In this document: positions 39,969-51,200 of the stretch, one piece after another | How the letters are laid out: every line of letters starts with the position of its first letter | Position numbering within the stretch: position 1 is the first letter of the stretch | From: Ignavibacteriota bacterium | GTDB lineage: Bacteria; Bacteroidota; Ignavibacteria; UBA10030; UBA6906 | Reading direction: 5' to 3' | Length of the DNA stretch: 64,000 nt | Assembly: GCA_963801355.1 (NCBI GenBank) | Contig: CAWDEM010000008.1 | Coordinates: 128,001 to 192,000 of the forward strand | The notes under the pieces: generated by a model | Told to the model about the DNA's origin: nothing | Seen by the model: the letters and a program-made list of their open reading frames with translations, nothing else | Database searches by the model: none | Position numbers and translations under genes: made by a program

Positions 39969-41117
39969 ATGACAACTTCTCCCATTCAGATCCCGGCGTG
40001 TAAGCACTTCACCGGGTACAAGCCCTGTTTCCCGGGTGAAAACTGCCTGCAGGAGTGCGTGCAGCCCGAGCCCATCGGCACGAAAATCCTCATCGTCAAC
40101 CTAGACGCAATGGGGAATGTCCTTCTGACGACGGCGTTGCTCCCGGCGCTCAAGCGGCAGTATCCCGAAAGCACGATTTCCTGGATCACGCTGAAGAATG
40201 CGGCACCGCTGTTACAGGAGAATCCGCTTATCGACCGGGTATATCTCTGGGAGCCCGACAGCTGGCTTATCCTGAACCGGATGACGTTCGATCTTGTGCT
40301 GAACATCGACAAATCCCAGCGCGCCGCAGCGTTCACGATGGGAGTGACCGCACGAAAGCGCAAAGGATTCGGGTTGAATGATGACGGGAAGATCATCCCG
40401 CTGAACGCGGCCGCGGTGGAAAATTTCCGTCTCGGGTTGGATGACCATCTCAAGTTTCACGTGAATCAGAAAACCGTTTCCCAGCTGCAATGCGAGGAAT
40501 TTGGACTGGAGTTCCGCCGCGACGAGTACTTGCTCGTGCTCACGCCGGAGGAGCGGGCGTTTTGCGACGAGTACAAAGTACAACAGGGTCTTGACCGGGC
40601 CGCCCTCGTGGTGGGTTTCAATACGGGGTGTTCGGAACTCTACCCGAACAAGAAAATGACAGTTGAGCAACACGTGCAGCTGATTGAGCGGCTGGCGGGC
40701 ATTGAGGGTGTCCGCCTCCTCTTGCTCGGCGGGCCGGAAGACACGATCAGGAATGCGGAGATTGCCCGTCGGGTCGGCAGCAAGGTCCTCAGTACCCCGA
40801 CGACGGAAGGGGTACGTCAGGGTCTGTGCTACATTAATCTCTGTGACCTCGTGATCTCGGGCGACTCCTTCGGCATGCACGCGGCCATCGGGCTGAAGAA
40901 GGAGATTGTCGTCTGGTTCGGTGTGAGTTGCCCAGCGGAGATCGATCTCTACGGCCGCGGTGTCAAGCTCATTCCCGAAGGACTCGCCTGCGCGCCCTGC
41001 TGGAAGCGCGTCTGCCCCTTCAACCTCGAGTGCATTCAGCAGATCGATCTCGACGCGATCGTCCGGCACGCGGAGAGTTTTCTCGCACGGCGTGCGGGAT
41101 CTCCGTCCGCCCGATGA
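39969..41117 (+). CDS. Glycosyltransferase family 9 (heptosyltransferase-like)
   Basis: AMGNVLLTTALLPALKRQYP..ISW, LVISGDSFGMHAAIG..V.FG, C-terminal CAPC. Confidence 0.85.
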   Translation: MTTSPIQIPACKHFTGYKPCFPGENCLQECVQPEPIGTKILIVNLDAMGNVLLTTALLPALKRQYPESTISWITLKNAAPLLQENPLIDRVYLWEPDSWLILNRMTFDLVLNIDKSQRAAAFTMGVTARKRKGFGLNDDGKIIPLNAAAVENFRLGLDDHLKFHVNQKTVSQLQCEEFGLEFRRDEYLLVLTPEERAFCDEYKVQQGLDRAALVVGFNTGCSELYPNKKMTVEQHVQLIERLAGIEGVRLLLLGGPEDTIRNAEIARRVGSKVLSTPTTEGVRQGLCYINLCDLVISGDSFGMHAAIGLKKEIVVWFGVSCPAEIDLYGRGVKLIPEGLACAPCWKRVCPFNLECIQQIDLDAIVRHAESFLARRAGSPSAR

Positions 41118-41962
41118 GGTTATTTCTCTGCATACTCCTGCTGGCGGCACAGTCGCTGCCGGCCCAGGACACGCTCACCGCACATTCTGCGCCTCCTCCG
41201 GACTCCACCTGGTCCACCCGAAAAATCGTTGCCACCACTGCGGTCGGAGGGCTGTTCGCCGGTTCGCTGGCCAGCTCGTATTACGATTGGTGGAAAGGCT
41301 CTTCCGATCACTTCCATTTTGTCGACGACGGACTGTTCACAAACTACTCCCTGGGTATCGACAAGATCGGTCATGCCTATACGTCCTACTTCTATTTTCA
41401 CTCGTTCCGGAATGTCATGCTCTGGGGCGGGTATGACAGCTCGACGGCGTACTGGGTTGCGGCGGGGGGGTCTGCGTTTTTCGCGCTCTCCATAGAGATC
41501 GGCGACGGGTTCAGTCCGTTCGGCTTTTCGCTGTACGATTTCGCGTTCAATCTGGGCGGGCTCGGCTTCGCAATGGCCCAGATTGCCGTGCCGTTTCTGC
41601 GCAATATATCACTGAAGTGGTCGTACGTGCCGGCCGGGGGATACCGGTGGCCCCCCCATTTCACCGATCACTACGATGCACATACCTACTGGTTGACATT
41701 CAATGTCCATAATCTGTTGCCGGCGGATTGGCGGGAGTACTGGCCCGAATTCATCCAGCTGGCGGTCGGCTACGGAGTGGATGAGAGGATAGCAAAAAGA
41801 GAAGCGGTGTTCGGGCTGGACATCAACCTCGACGTGTTACATGTGGAGAATCCGGAGTTGAAGTTGTTGCAGCAGACAGTGACAATGATCCACCTCCCCT
41901 CGCCGGCGGTGAAGTTCACCGAATGGGAGAGACCCCGCTGGTACGCGGTGCACTGGAATTGA
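41114..41962 (+). CDS. Exported/membrane protein, DUF2279/YfiM-like
   Basis: Signal peptide; IDKIGHAY, IEIGDGFS.FGFS..D..FN, YDAHTYWL. Confidence 0.7.
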   Translation: MRLFLCILLLAAQSLPAQDTLTAHSAPPPDSTWSTRKIVATTAVGGLFAGSLASSYYDWWKGSSDHFHFVDDGLFTNYSLGIDKIGHAYTSYFYFHSFRNVMLWGGYDSSTAYWVAAGGSAFFALSIEIGDGFSPFGFSLYDFAFNLGGLGFAMAQIAVPFLRNISLKWSYVPAGGYRWPPHFTDHYDAHTYWLTFNVHNLLPADWREYWPEFIQLAVGYGVDERIAKREAVFGLDINLDVLHVENPELKLLQQTVTMIHLPSPAVKFTEWERPRWYAVHWN

Positions 41963-41969
41963 GCCGGGG

Positions 41970-42917
41970 CTATGCCTTCTGTTCTTTCCTTGCCTCGGTG
42001 AAGATCTTGCTCACCATCGCCACGAAGCCGGCGGCATCAGAGAGATTCGAAGGGATGATCATCGTATTCGAGGTTTTCGCCAGCTTACCGAATTCTGAGA
42101 TGTAGGCTTCGGCGATCCTCAGATTCACCGCATCCGAACCGCCGCGCTCGTTGATGGCGTTTGCGATTTCGCGGATCCCCTTGGCCGTTGCCATGGCCAC
42201 GCGCTCGATCTCCTGCCCCCGTCCCTCCGCCTCATTGATGCGCTTCATTTTCTCGCCCTCGGACTTGGCGATGGCTTCCTGTTTGTCACCCTCTGCGCGG
42301 TTGATCTTGGCCTGTTTGTCTCCTTCCGACTCCGCTATCAGTGCCCGCTTCTCGCGCTCGGCGCGCATCTGTTTCTCCATGGCATCTTTGATGCTGACCG
42401 GCGGCTGAATATTCTTGATTTCATAGCGCGTGACTTTTAATCCCCAGGGCTCGGCTGCCTTGTCGATGGCCGAGACCACTTCGTGATTGATCTTCTCGCG
42501 TTCTTCGAAGCTCCTGTCGAGTTCAATCTTCCCGACCTCGCTGCGCATGGTCGTCTGGGCGAGCTGTACCGATGCGAAGGCGTAATCGCTTACACCGTAG
42601 GAGGTCTTGACGGGATCGATGATCTGGTAGTACAGGACGCCGTCCACTTCCACCTGGATATTATCCTTGGTGATACAGATCTGAGGAGCCACATCGATGG
42701 CGATCTCCTTCAGTGAGTGCTTGTAGGCGATCCTGTCGATGAACGGCACAAGGATATGGAAGCCGGCTTCGAGGGTACGGCTGTACTTGCCGAGGCGCTC
42801 AATAATAAACACCGTCTTCTGTGGCACGACACGCGCCGTCTTGATCAATATGATGAACGCGACAAGAATCAGCCCGAGAATGATGAGCATCTGCACTGCG
42901 CTGGCCTTTTCTTCCAT
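41970..42917 (-). CDS. Stomatin/paraslipin-like SPFH protein (QmcA type)
   Basis: IERLGKY, CITKDNIQVEVDG, AMEKQMRAEREKRA. Confidence 0.92.
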   Translation of the reverse strand: MEEKASAVQMLIILGLILVAFIILIKTARVVPQKTVFIIERLGKYSRTLEAGFHILVPFIDRIAYKHSLKEIAIDVAPQICITKDNIQVEVDGVLYYQIIDPVKTSYGVSDYAFASVQLAQTTMRSEVGKIELDRSFEEREKINHEVVSAIDKAAEPWGLKVTRYEIKNIQPPVSIKDAMEKQMRAEREKRALIAESEGDKQAKINRAEGDKQEAIAKSEGEKMKRINEAEGRGQEIERVAMATAKGIREIANAINERGGSDAVNLRIAEAYISEFGKLAKTSNTMIIPSNLSDAAGFVAMVSKIFTEARKEQKA

Positions 42918-42929
42918 GGTGTCCTCTCC

Positions 42930-43388
42930 TTAGGATACGGGTTTGACGCGCAAGACGAGACTCTGTTGGGCGATGATTTCCACCGGCTGGCCGGCGGCGA
43001 TCGGCGTGTCGGATTCCGCATTCCATGGTGTGCCGTGGAATTCCACCTGACCGCCGGGCATGTTCGGGTTGATGGGGGAGATCGTGACGGCGCGCTGCCC
43101 GCGAATGTCGTCCAGAGATTCCCCGGGTTTCATGGCTCTTGTCACGTCGCCCTTGAAGTACTTTTGCCCCTTCTTTCTGAAGAGCACTAGCGACAGGACC
43201 GAGGAGATGAGGAAGACGAGGAGCTGGGCGTTGAGCCCGGGGAGGAGTCCGAAGGCTGCAAGCGCCGCCGTGATCCATGCACCGATGCCGAAAAAGACGA
43301 TAACGAAACCGGGCAGTATCAATTCCGAGAGGAGCAACACGAGGCCGATAATGAACCAGAGGAGTTCGGCATTGGTCGAGTCGAACAT
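42930..43388 (-). CDS. Short NfeD-family (YbbJ-like) membrane protein
   Basis: LSELILPGF..FFGIGA, GQVEFHGTPWNA; directly upstream of the SPFH gene. Confidence 0.88.
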   Translation of the reverse strand: MFDSTNAELLWFIIGLVLLLSELILPGFVIVFFGIGAWITAALAAFGLLPGLNAQLLVFLISSVLSLVLFRKKGQKYFKGDVTRAMKPGESLDDIRGQRAVTISPINPNMPGGQVEFHGTPWNAESDTPIAAGQPVEIIAQQSLVLRVKPVS

Positions 43389-43414
43389 GGCGAAGCCTCT
43401 TCAGTTGTGTGTCG

Positions 43415-44371
43415 TCAGAACTCTACTCTCACTGCAATGGTATGTCCGTTGCCAAGATCATCCGCCAGGCGGCTGAAGCCGTAATCGACGCCGAAGACGC
43501 CGTACTGAATCCCGCCGCCCAGGCTGAGCCCCCGGCCGGTGGACCCGAATTGATATCCGGAACGGAGAAAGAATGTGTTCTTGAATCCCCACTCGCCGCC
43601 GATTCTGGCAAGGAATTGCGATTCGGCGAAGACATGTTCGACGTCCGCAGCCAGAATCGTCGTGGAGAAGAGATCGGGGAGATCGAATGCATAAGCGGCC
43701 CCCGCGCGCATCAGGGCGGGAAGCTCCAGTGGCTCACTCCTGAATTTCGACATGGAACCGATATTGGCAATCACCGCACCCACGGTCAAGCCGTCGGCCA
43801 GGCCGTCGTACTGAACGCCCGCGTCCAGGGCTGCACCCTGCGCGTCGTCCACGAGAATCTGTTCGTAGAGATAGCGCGCTGTGAAGCCGGCCCGCAGGCC
43901 GGGCTCGATCTCGTAACAATATGAAAGCCCGACAGCGAGATCGCGCGAGGAAAATGTCCCCTGGGATTCCCCGGGCCGGGTGCGGATCTCGATATCCGGT
44001 ACCGCGCTAGTGAGAACAGAAACCCCCAGGGAGTGCTGTCCGCCGAGGCTCATCCGCGCTGCAAGAAACTCGGTGCGGGTGTCCTGAATCCATTCCTTGT
44101 GCATAAAGAGAAGATCGGAACTACTCCCGGAAGAAGTGCCGGCACGGAGCCCGGCGGGATTGTAGAACGTTGCCGCTGCGCCGCGGACGGCCCCTGTCAT
44201 GGCGTCCCCCATCGCCACTCCCCGGGCGGATGTGCCCAGTTTCATGAATGCCAGTCCGGTTGCACCGGCGCCCGCACGCGCGTGTGTTCCGGCGGCGAGG
44301 AGCAGAGACATCAGGAGAAGAGCAAAACAAGCTCCCCGCGACAACACAAAGGATGTTGGATCACGGTGCAT
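43415..44371 (-). CDS. PorV/PorQ-family outer-membrane beta-barrel
   Basis: FMKLGTSARGVAMG, ATFYNPAGL, alternating beta strands, C-terminal Phe. Confidence 0.8.
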   Translation of the reverse strand: MHRDPTSFVLSRGACFALLLMSLLLAAGTHARAGAGATGLAFMKLGTSARGVAMGDAMTGAVRGAAATFYNPAGLRAGTSSGSSSDLLFMHKEWIQDTRTEFLAARMSLGGQHSLGVSVLTSAVPDIEIRTRPGESQGTFSSRDLAVGLSYCYEIEPGLRAGFTARYLYEQILVDDAQGAALDAGVQYDGLADGLTVGAVIANIGSMSKFRSEPLELPALMRAGAAYAFDLPDLFSTTILAADVEHVFAESQFLARIGGEWGFKNTFFLRSGYQFGSTGRGLSLGGGIQYGVFGVDYGFSRLADDLGNGHTIAVRVEF

Positions 44372-44378
44372 GATTTCC

Positions 44379-45350
44379 TCAGAACGCCACAGAAACGGTA
44401 ATGACATGGATGTCCGCCGGGGAGAAGGGTTCGATGATGAAGGCATAATGCACAGCGGGCGTCCACCCGCTCATCGGCTGCCTGAATGTGAATCCCACGG
44501 AAGGTTTGATGCCGTTGCCTTTTTCCTTGAGATCCATCCGGTCCACCCCGGCGCGGACGGAAATCTCGGGAAGGATGGAGAATTCCGCTCCAGCCCGCGC
44601 GAGGACGGATGCCTTGTTGCTGAATTCCACTTCGGCACCGATGATACCCAGACTGTCCGGCAATTGATACGACAGCGCCGCGGTGTAGAGTTGCGGCAAG
44701 GGTGCCTCGCTGGTCTGCCCGCTCTGGCCAAAGAGCGTTCCGGTGTCCCATTTGTAGCGGGAGTTGAAATTGCGCACCGTAAACGCCGCGCCAAGCCGCG
44801 GGGTAACCAGGTAGTAGGCCCCGAAATCGAATCCCACAGTGGTGGACGCCACATCGGTGTAGAGATGGTAATAGTGCAGCTTCACATTTATGCCGGCACT
44901 GAACTCCGGACTGAATCGTATGCCGAAGCCGAGGAAGAACAGGTTTTCCGATGTCCGCAGGGCACCGGTTTGCTCGCCGTCCCCGTCCCGTCCATCGATG
45001 TCGTGGACTCCCGAGTTGATCACGTTGATGGCAAGCCCCGCTTTCGGCGGGAGGGGCATTGCATACGACAGGAAATTGAGAGAGCGGTCAAGGCTGAGAA
45101 TTCCCATCGAAGCAGATCCCGAGCGGGATTCGGCAAACGGAAGCAGCGCCGGATTGTAATAGCTCGTCGGGTCACCCGTTGTCACAGCGGACAGGGCATT
45201 GCCCATTGCCATGCCCCGCGCGCCGAAGCCCATTCGTCCCATTGCGCCGGGTTGACCGGCGAGCTGCGCGTGGGCTACGGATAAAGCGCATGGTGCGGCA
45301 AACACCGCGATCAAGAAAATGCGAACGAGTCCCGGATACAGGCGGTTCAT
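44379..45350 (-). CDS. PorV/PorQ-like outer-membrane beta-barrel
   Basis: MGFGARGMAMGNA, SYYNPA, C-terminal Phe. Confidence 0.75.
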   Translation of the reverse strand: MNRLYPGLVRIFLIAVFAAPCALSVAHAQLAGQPGAMGRMGFGARGMAMGNALSAVTTGDPTSYYNPALLPFAESRSGSASMGILSLDRSLNFLSYAMPLPPKAGLAINVINSGVHDIDGRDGDGEQTGALRTSENLFFLGFGIRFSPEFSAGINVKLHYYHLYTDVASTTVGFDFGAYYLVTPRLGAAFTVRNFNSRYKWDTGTLFGQSGQTSEAPLPQLYTAALSYQLPDSLGIIGAEVEFSNKASVLARAGAEFSILPEISVRAGVDRMDLKEKGNGIKPSVGFTFRQPMSGWTPAVHYAFIIEPFSPADIHVITVSVAF

Positions 45351-46915
45351 TGCAGCACCATGATTTTGCCCCACACCGGTTCCTGCCCGTCGAGTGTCAC
45401 GCGGTAGAAATAGACGCCATTGGTTAACACCTGCCCGGCGTCGTCGGCGCCGTTCCAGATTTCATCCTGCTCGCCCCCGCCGGTCCGCTGCGCGTCTTTG
45501 ACCAGGGTGCGGATCCGGTTCATCCCGAAATCGAAAACTTCGACCGTCACCGATGCTCCGCCGGAGGGGACCGCATAGTGGATCCGGATCGCTTCTGATT
45601 TCGGTGAGAACGGGTTCGGGTAGGCGTACGTTGCCGGGGATGCGGGGAGAGGAGCGAAAGAGCGGAGGATTTCCCACTCTTCGCCGAACGGATGGACGGG
45701 GGAGTCTTCTGTCTTCAACAGGCCTTCTGAGCTTCCGCAGTAGACTGTGCTGCCCTCGACGCCGACCGCAAAGAACTTGTTTTCGGTGATCCTCCCGCGG
45801 GTGATCTGATCGATGATCGTGCCGGTGCGGGTCCACGAAGTCCCGCCATCGGACGTCCGAAAGACGCCGGCTTCCGTCGCCACGTAGGTGATGGTGTCCC
45901 TGAAGGCGAAGCCGTAGGCTTTGTATCCGGCGAGATGGTTTCTCCAGGTCCGCCCGCCGTTGTCGGTGTATGACACGCCGTACTTCTGATCCGCGCCTTC
46001 CGCCGGCCAGTTGGTAGTCCAGATCCGCGTGCCCCAGGGAAACCGCTGCCCGTCGATGGCGATCACCCAGTCGCTGAGAATGCCTTCGCTCTGAAGATCC
46101 TTCCTGAACTTCGTCCAACTGATTCCGCCGTCGGTCGACCGGTTGATGCCTCCCGCTGTTCCCACCCAGATGGTATCGTCGTCCTGGGCATAGACCGAGA
46201 ATGCGAGATAGTTGTTGTCCTGCCGCGGGTCGATCTTGTAGCCCACCAGCGTATCGGTGGGTGCGATGGAGGGCATCAGTTTCGATGGCAGGACGATGCG
46301 CTGCCATGTTGCTCCGCGATCGGTGGATTTGCGTACCCCGCTTGACCAGCTCGCAATCCAGACGGTGCCCGCACTCAGGGCGATGTCAAACGTCACGTTT
46401 TGTTCGGGGACGACGATCGGGAGAAATCTGACGGTATTGATTCCGTACGTCACGACGCTGTCACCCCGGGGGTCAAGAGTCTGGGCGAGTGCGGACCACG
46501 CGGTCCCGTTGTCAAGCGAATAGGTGTACCCACTGCCGGTCTGCACGGATTGTCCATCCACATCTTTGGAGAAGCCCGTCGAAACCCAGACGGAATCACC
46601 GCGCACGGCCACTGCAAAGATGCCTTTGCTTGCGAACTGGGGAACGTGTACGAACCGCTCCCATGTCCGTCCGCCGTCAGAGCTGCGGGCGAGACCTTTG
46701 CTCGTTCCTATCCATACGGTGGTACCGCGTACAGAGATGTGGGAGACGGAATTGCTGGGGATTATTCCCGAGATCTCGCCGCGCGCGCCGTCAAGAGTAT
46801 AAGACTTCAAGAAACGGGATTGAGCGCGGGCGGCTGAAGGAGAGCCGTCTGTGCCGGCTCCCAGAACGGCCGCGACGAGGGTCAGGATGATCGCTAATCG
46901 TGTCATGGCCGTCAA
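45347..46915 (-). CDS. Secreted beta-propeller (BNR/Asp-box) protein with FlgD-Ig-like T9SS sorting domain
   Basis: Many SxDGGxTW boxes; C-terminal YAYPNPFSP..WNGADDAG..LTNGVYFY. Confidence 0.8.
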   Translation of the reverse strand: MTAMTRLAIILTLVAAVLGAGTDGSPSAARAQSRFLKSYTLDGARGEISGIIPSNSVSHISVRGTTVWIGTSKGLARSSDGGRTWERFVHVPQFASKGIFAVAVRGDSVWVSTGFSKDVDGQSVQTGSGYTYSLDNGTAWSALAQTLDPRGDSVVTYGINTVRFLPIVVPEQNVTFDIALSAGTVWIASWSSGVRKSTDRGATWQRIVLPSKLMPSIAPTDTLVGYKIDPRQDNNYLAFSVYAQDDDTIWVGTAGGINRSTDGGISWTKFRKDLQSEGILSDWVIAIDGQRFPWGTRIWTTNWPAEGADQKYGVSYTDNGGRTWRNHLAGYKAYGFAFRDTITYVATEAGVFRTSDGGTSWTRTGTIIDQITRGRITENKFFAVGVEGSTVYCGSSEGLLKTEDSPVHPFGEEWEILRSFAPLPASPATYAYPNPFSPKSEAIRIHYAVPSGGASVTVEVFDFGMNRIRTLVKDAQRTGGGEQDEIWNGADDAGQVLTNGVYFYRVTLDGQEPVWGKIMVLQ

Positions 46916-48051
46916 TTGATAGTGATGTTCTTTGTGGAGTCGGCGCGCGCGGCAAAACGGTCCGTGACCGAGAACATGAATGCCTTCACTCCCGGGGAGT
47001 TCGAGGAACTGATTTCCAGGATTGAGGCGTACGAGCCGTCATGTGCGGTGGAGTCGCCATGGGTCTGCAGGTTTCCATCGTCATAGAGTGGAAAGGGAAC
47101 CGGACTCGCGGCGCTCATGTTGCGGAAATAGACAGAATCGATATCCGTGAGGCCGTCATCATCGGCCACCGTGACCCTGAAAATGACCGTGCTGGTGCCG
47201 CTGGCGGGCCGCTGAATGGTGGATGGCACAGAGAGGGCGACAAACCGCGGAACCGCGTTGGCCACGGGCCGGCGGGCAACGTTGCTCGCATGGCCTGCCC
47301 TGTCCGCGGCGCTGAATTCAAAAATGACATCGTGGATATCACCGAGCGGCGCTACCCACAAAGGCAGCGAAAATATCCCGTCGCCCGCAACTGCGTCGGC
47401 GTGTAGTTTCACGCCGTCGTCATACATTGCGTGCAGGGTGTTGTCTTTCGCCCCAATGGCACGCACGGTCACCTGTGATATATCCCCAAGGCCATTTGCG
47501 TCAGTTGCAGTGATGCTGAGTGCGTATCTGGTGGAATCGGCACCGGACGTGACAAGGAGACGGGCACCAGGCGAACTCAGGGCGGGAGTGCTCTTTCCCC
47601 TGAAGACCGGGATCTGCTGCACAAATGTCGCGCTCGCGTGGCCCGCCTGATCGACCGCCGAGATCTCCAGACGGTAGACTCCGGTTGCACCTGCATCGAC
47701 GGTGAACGAAAGCGGGCTGTTGCCAGTGACGGGTTCTGACTGGGTGGATGGCATGACGATGGTGCATTTCCCGGATGCCAGCCGCGAATCGCCGGACGGA
47801 GCGAACAGGACATACGTGATGGAAGTGACGTCAGAGGCCCCCTGAGGATCTCTGACAGTTGCGGCGAGCGCTGCATAGAGCGGATACGAAGTCCCCTGGG
47901 TCATTGCGTCGAGGTCGAAAGCCGCCGGGGTGACGGTCGCCGACTGCAGATACGGCGCGGAGCCTTGAGTGTCTACCGGGTCGAGGGGATTATTCTCGCA
48001 CGAGACAAACGGAAGCAAGAAAAGAATAATCGCGAGGGAGGATATGCGCAT
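46912..48051 (-). CDS. Lipoprotein with repeated Ig-like modules (choice-of-anchor X-like)
   Basis: Lipobox FVSC; two YDDGxxxHxDxxAxDGxF/YS motifs. Confidence 0.65.
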   Translation of the reverse strand: MRISSLAIILFLLPFVSCENNPLDPVDTQGSAPYLQSATVTPAAFDLDAMTQGTSYPLYAALAATVRDPQGASDVTSITYVLFAPSGDSRLASGKCTIVMPSTQSEPVTGNSPLSFTVDAGATGVYRLEISAVDQAGHASATFVQQIPVFRGKSTPALSSPGARLLVTSGADSTRYALSITATDANGLGDISQVTVRAIGAKDNTLHAMYDDGVKLHADAVAGDGIFSLPLWVAPLGDIHDVIFEFSAADRAGHASNVARRPVANAVPRFVALSVPSTIQRPASGTSTVIFRVTVADDDGLTDIDSVYFRNMSAASPVPFPLYDDGNLQTHGDSTAHDGSYASILEISSSNSPGVKAFMFSVTDRFAARADSTKNITIN

Positions 48052-48287
48052 AGGACGTTCGGTTCCGGAATCCGACATACACAGCTGCTCTTCAGTACCA
48101 ACGTCCAGTATGCGTGCGATCCCGTGCGAGTTGAACAATGGTGGAGTAGTTGCACCAAAAGTACGCAAAACTGGCAGGAAAGTCAATATGAATTCCGGCG
48201 GCAGCGGGATGCGGCACCGAAATGCCAGGCGGCACCGGGATGCCCCTTGCATTCACGGTCATTCATTCGTTTCTTTAAGGAACGACC

Positions 48288-51200
48288 ATGTATCACAACC
48301 GCCACCTTAAGTTGCGCCCATATCTTCTTCTCGCAGTCGCCCTGGTCGTGAACGGTTTAGGGCCGCACCCGCTGGGAGCGGCATTACGCGCAGGACACCC
48401 CGCTGCCTGTGAATCGCAGCAAACGGCAGCGGGAGATGTCATTCCGGGCACGGTGATCGTCAAGTTCAGATCTGACCCGACGCAAACCTCCGGGATCCCC
48501 GGCAAGGCCGGCACGACGCTCTTCCTTTCGTGGACCCGACTGGGAGCGACGTCGATGCGCAGGATGTTCCCGCCGACCCCCTCTCTCGGGAAGGTACCGC
48601 CATCCACCGACAGCGTCGGGCTCTCCCGGGTGTATACACTCACGCTACGCGACGGTCTCGATCCTGTCGCAGTTGCCAGGCACATTGCGGAAGATCCCGG
48701 TGTGGAGTACGCCGAACCGAAGTACTACCAGCGCCTGTGCACCGAACCGAACGATCCCTTGCTGGTCAATCAGGCAGCCGCGCTCACACGCATGAACGCA
48801 TACGCCGGCTGGAGCCTTGCCAGAGGGAGCGCTGCGGTGATCATTGCGGATGTGGACGGCGGGACTGATTGGCAGCACGAAGACCTGCTGGCGAACGTCC
48901 ACGTCAAACAGGGTGAAGACCTGAACCAAAACGGCGTGTTCGATCCCGGCGACCTGAACGGCATTGATGATGACGGCAACGGGTACGTTGACGATATTGT
49001 CGGCTGGAATTTCACAACCAATACCTACAATCCGGCCGGCGTGAGCACTGCGCCTGGAAGTTATGCGCATGGCACGGCAACCGCAAGCCATTTCGGGGCC
49101 GTCACCAACAACGGCAAGGGGATGGCGGGCTCAAGCTGGAACTGCGCATTGATGCCCGTCTGTGCCGCGGCCACTTCCGGGGACAATCTCATTTCCTTTG
49201 GCTACGAGGGGATAGTCTACGCATACCAGAACGGTGCCTCGGTCATCAATTGCAGCTGGGGCCGGGCAGGCGGTTATTCGCAATTCGAACAGGATGTGAT
49301 CACGGCCGCCACGGCCGCGGGTGCGCTCGTCGTCGCTGCGGCAGGGAATGAGAGCAGCAATAACGACCTTGCTGCGCATTACCCATCGAACTATACGGGG
49401 GTACTCGGTGTCGGAGCCACGTACGCCACGGACGATGTAGTTGCACCGTTCTCCAACTATGGCAAGCGGGTTCAGGTTTTCGCCTCCGGCGTGAACATCT
49501 TCAGCGCGATTGCCGGCGGGGGATACGGAAACGGGGGAAGCGGCACGTCGTATTCAAGTCCGTATGTCGCAGGACTCGCGGGAATCCTGCGTGGGGCCTT
49601 CCCGGCATGGACGCCGGTGCAGATTGCCGCACAGATCCGAACAACCGCAGACCCGATCGAGAGCGTGAACCCCGGCTATGGCGGCTCCCTGGGCCGCGGA
49701 AGAGTGAATTTCGAGCGCGCATTGACGGAATCGCATGCTGCCCTGAACCTTACATCAGGTGAACTCCGGACCGCCGACGGTCAGAAGCTCTTTCTTACGG
49801 GAGACACGCTTGTGCTTTCATTGCGGGTGAAGAACGTGCTCTTTGTGCCTGCAACCGATTGCCGGATTGCGGCCACCACGTCTGACCCGTCGCTGGAGGT
49901 CATCAGCGGTGTTGCCGCTGTGAGCGGAATTGCACCGGGCGAAGAAACAGACGTGCTGGTGATGACGTTTCGGGTCGGCGCTCTTGACCGCGTGCGTGAG
50001 GTTGCTCTGCGGGTGGTCTGGACCTATAACGGAACGGAACAAGACGGTGCGGTATTCCGCGCTGTGCTGTTTCCGGAGGTTCCGCTCTGGCTCCTCCAGC
50101 GCGACGGATCCAGTGCGAGCCTGTACAGCGTGCGCGCGGCGAGCAAAGATGTCGTCTGGGCTTCCGGAGGCAATGGATCCGCTTCCGGACCTCTGGTCCT
50201 TCGATCCACTGACGGTGGAGGAAGTTGGGAGGATGCCACGGGGTCGCTGCAGGACGTGGACCTCTACTGTATTGATGCCCTCGATGACCGGCGCGCATGG
50301 GTCGGCACTTCCGACGGCCGTATCTTTGCCACGGCCGACGGGGGATCGACCTGGACGGTACAGTCGTATCCGGGGCGCCAGAGTCCGTTTATTGACGCAG
50401 TGAGAATCTTCCCCGACGGCACGGGTTATGCACTCGGTGATCCGCCGTTCGACGGGAAGTTCGTTGTACTCAAGACGCAGGATTTCGGCGGCACGTGGGT
50501 TCACCTGGCAAACGAACCCGGACTCAACACATCCGAGGCCGGCTGGAACAATTCGTTCTGGTGGTCGGATGCGCAGAACGGATGGTTCGGGACGAACATG
50601 AACCGTGTCTGGCATACCTCTGACGCAGGAGCCACGTGGTCCTCCGCTGCAACAGGTTCAAGCAACAGCTTTGGTGTCGCCTTCAACAGCGCTACCACAG
50701 GTTACGCGGTTCACGATAACGGCTATGTGGCACGGTCGACCAACGGGGGACAGTCGTGGAGCCCCGTGCCGCTCTCCACTACCGAACAGGTGGCTGCGGT
50801 TGCCTGTGTACCGGCGACAGGTGTGGCGTGGGTGGCCACCGGCACGAAGCCGTTCAGCACACGGGACGACGGAGTCACCTGGACTGCCGAGACGTTGTAC
50901 CCGTTCTCGGGTTCGATCACGCATGTGAGTTTCGCCGACACCACGATCGGATGGGCTGTAACTTCGAATGGGGAGATTCTCTGCTACGACCCATCCGCGG
51001 TGACCGCTGTTGCGGAGTCGCCTGTGCCGGAAGTGCCACTGGAGTATGCGCTGGAGCAGAACTATCCTAATCCGTTTAATCCGAGCACAATCATACAATT
51101 TTCGATTGTGGACCCACAATTCACTACTCTTCGCGTGTACGACGTGCTCGGACGAGAGGTTGCCGTCCTTGTACACGAGTGGAAGGCGCCCGGCAGGTAC

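Noticed and set aside
30793-43388. Two SPFH operons within about 12 kb as one system
   Set aside because: Different subfamilies, opposite strands, and separated by unrelated genes
48197-48245. Short GGC(G)GCA..G..ATGC repeats upstream of the subtilase
   Set aside because: Only 2-3 degenerate GC-rich copies; no supportable function
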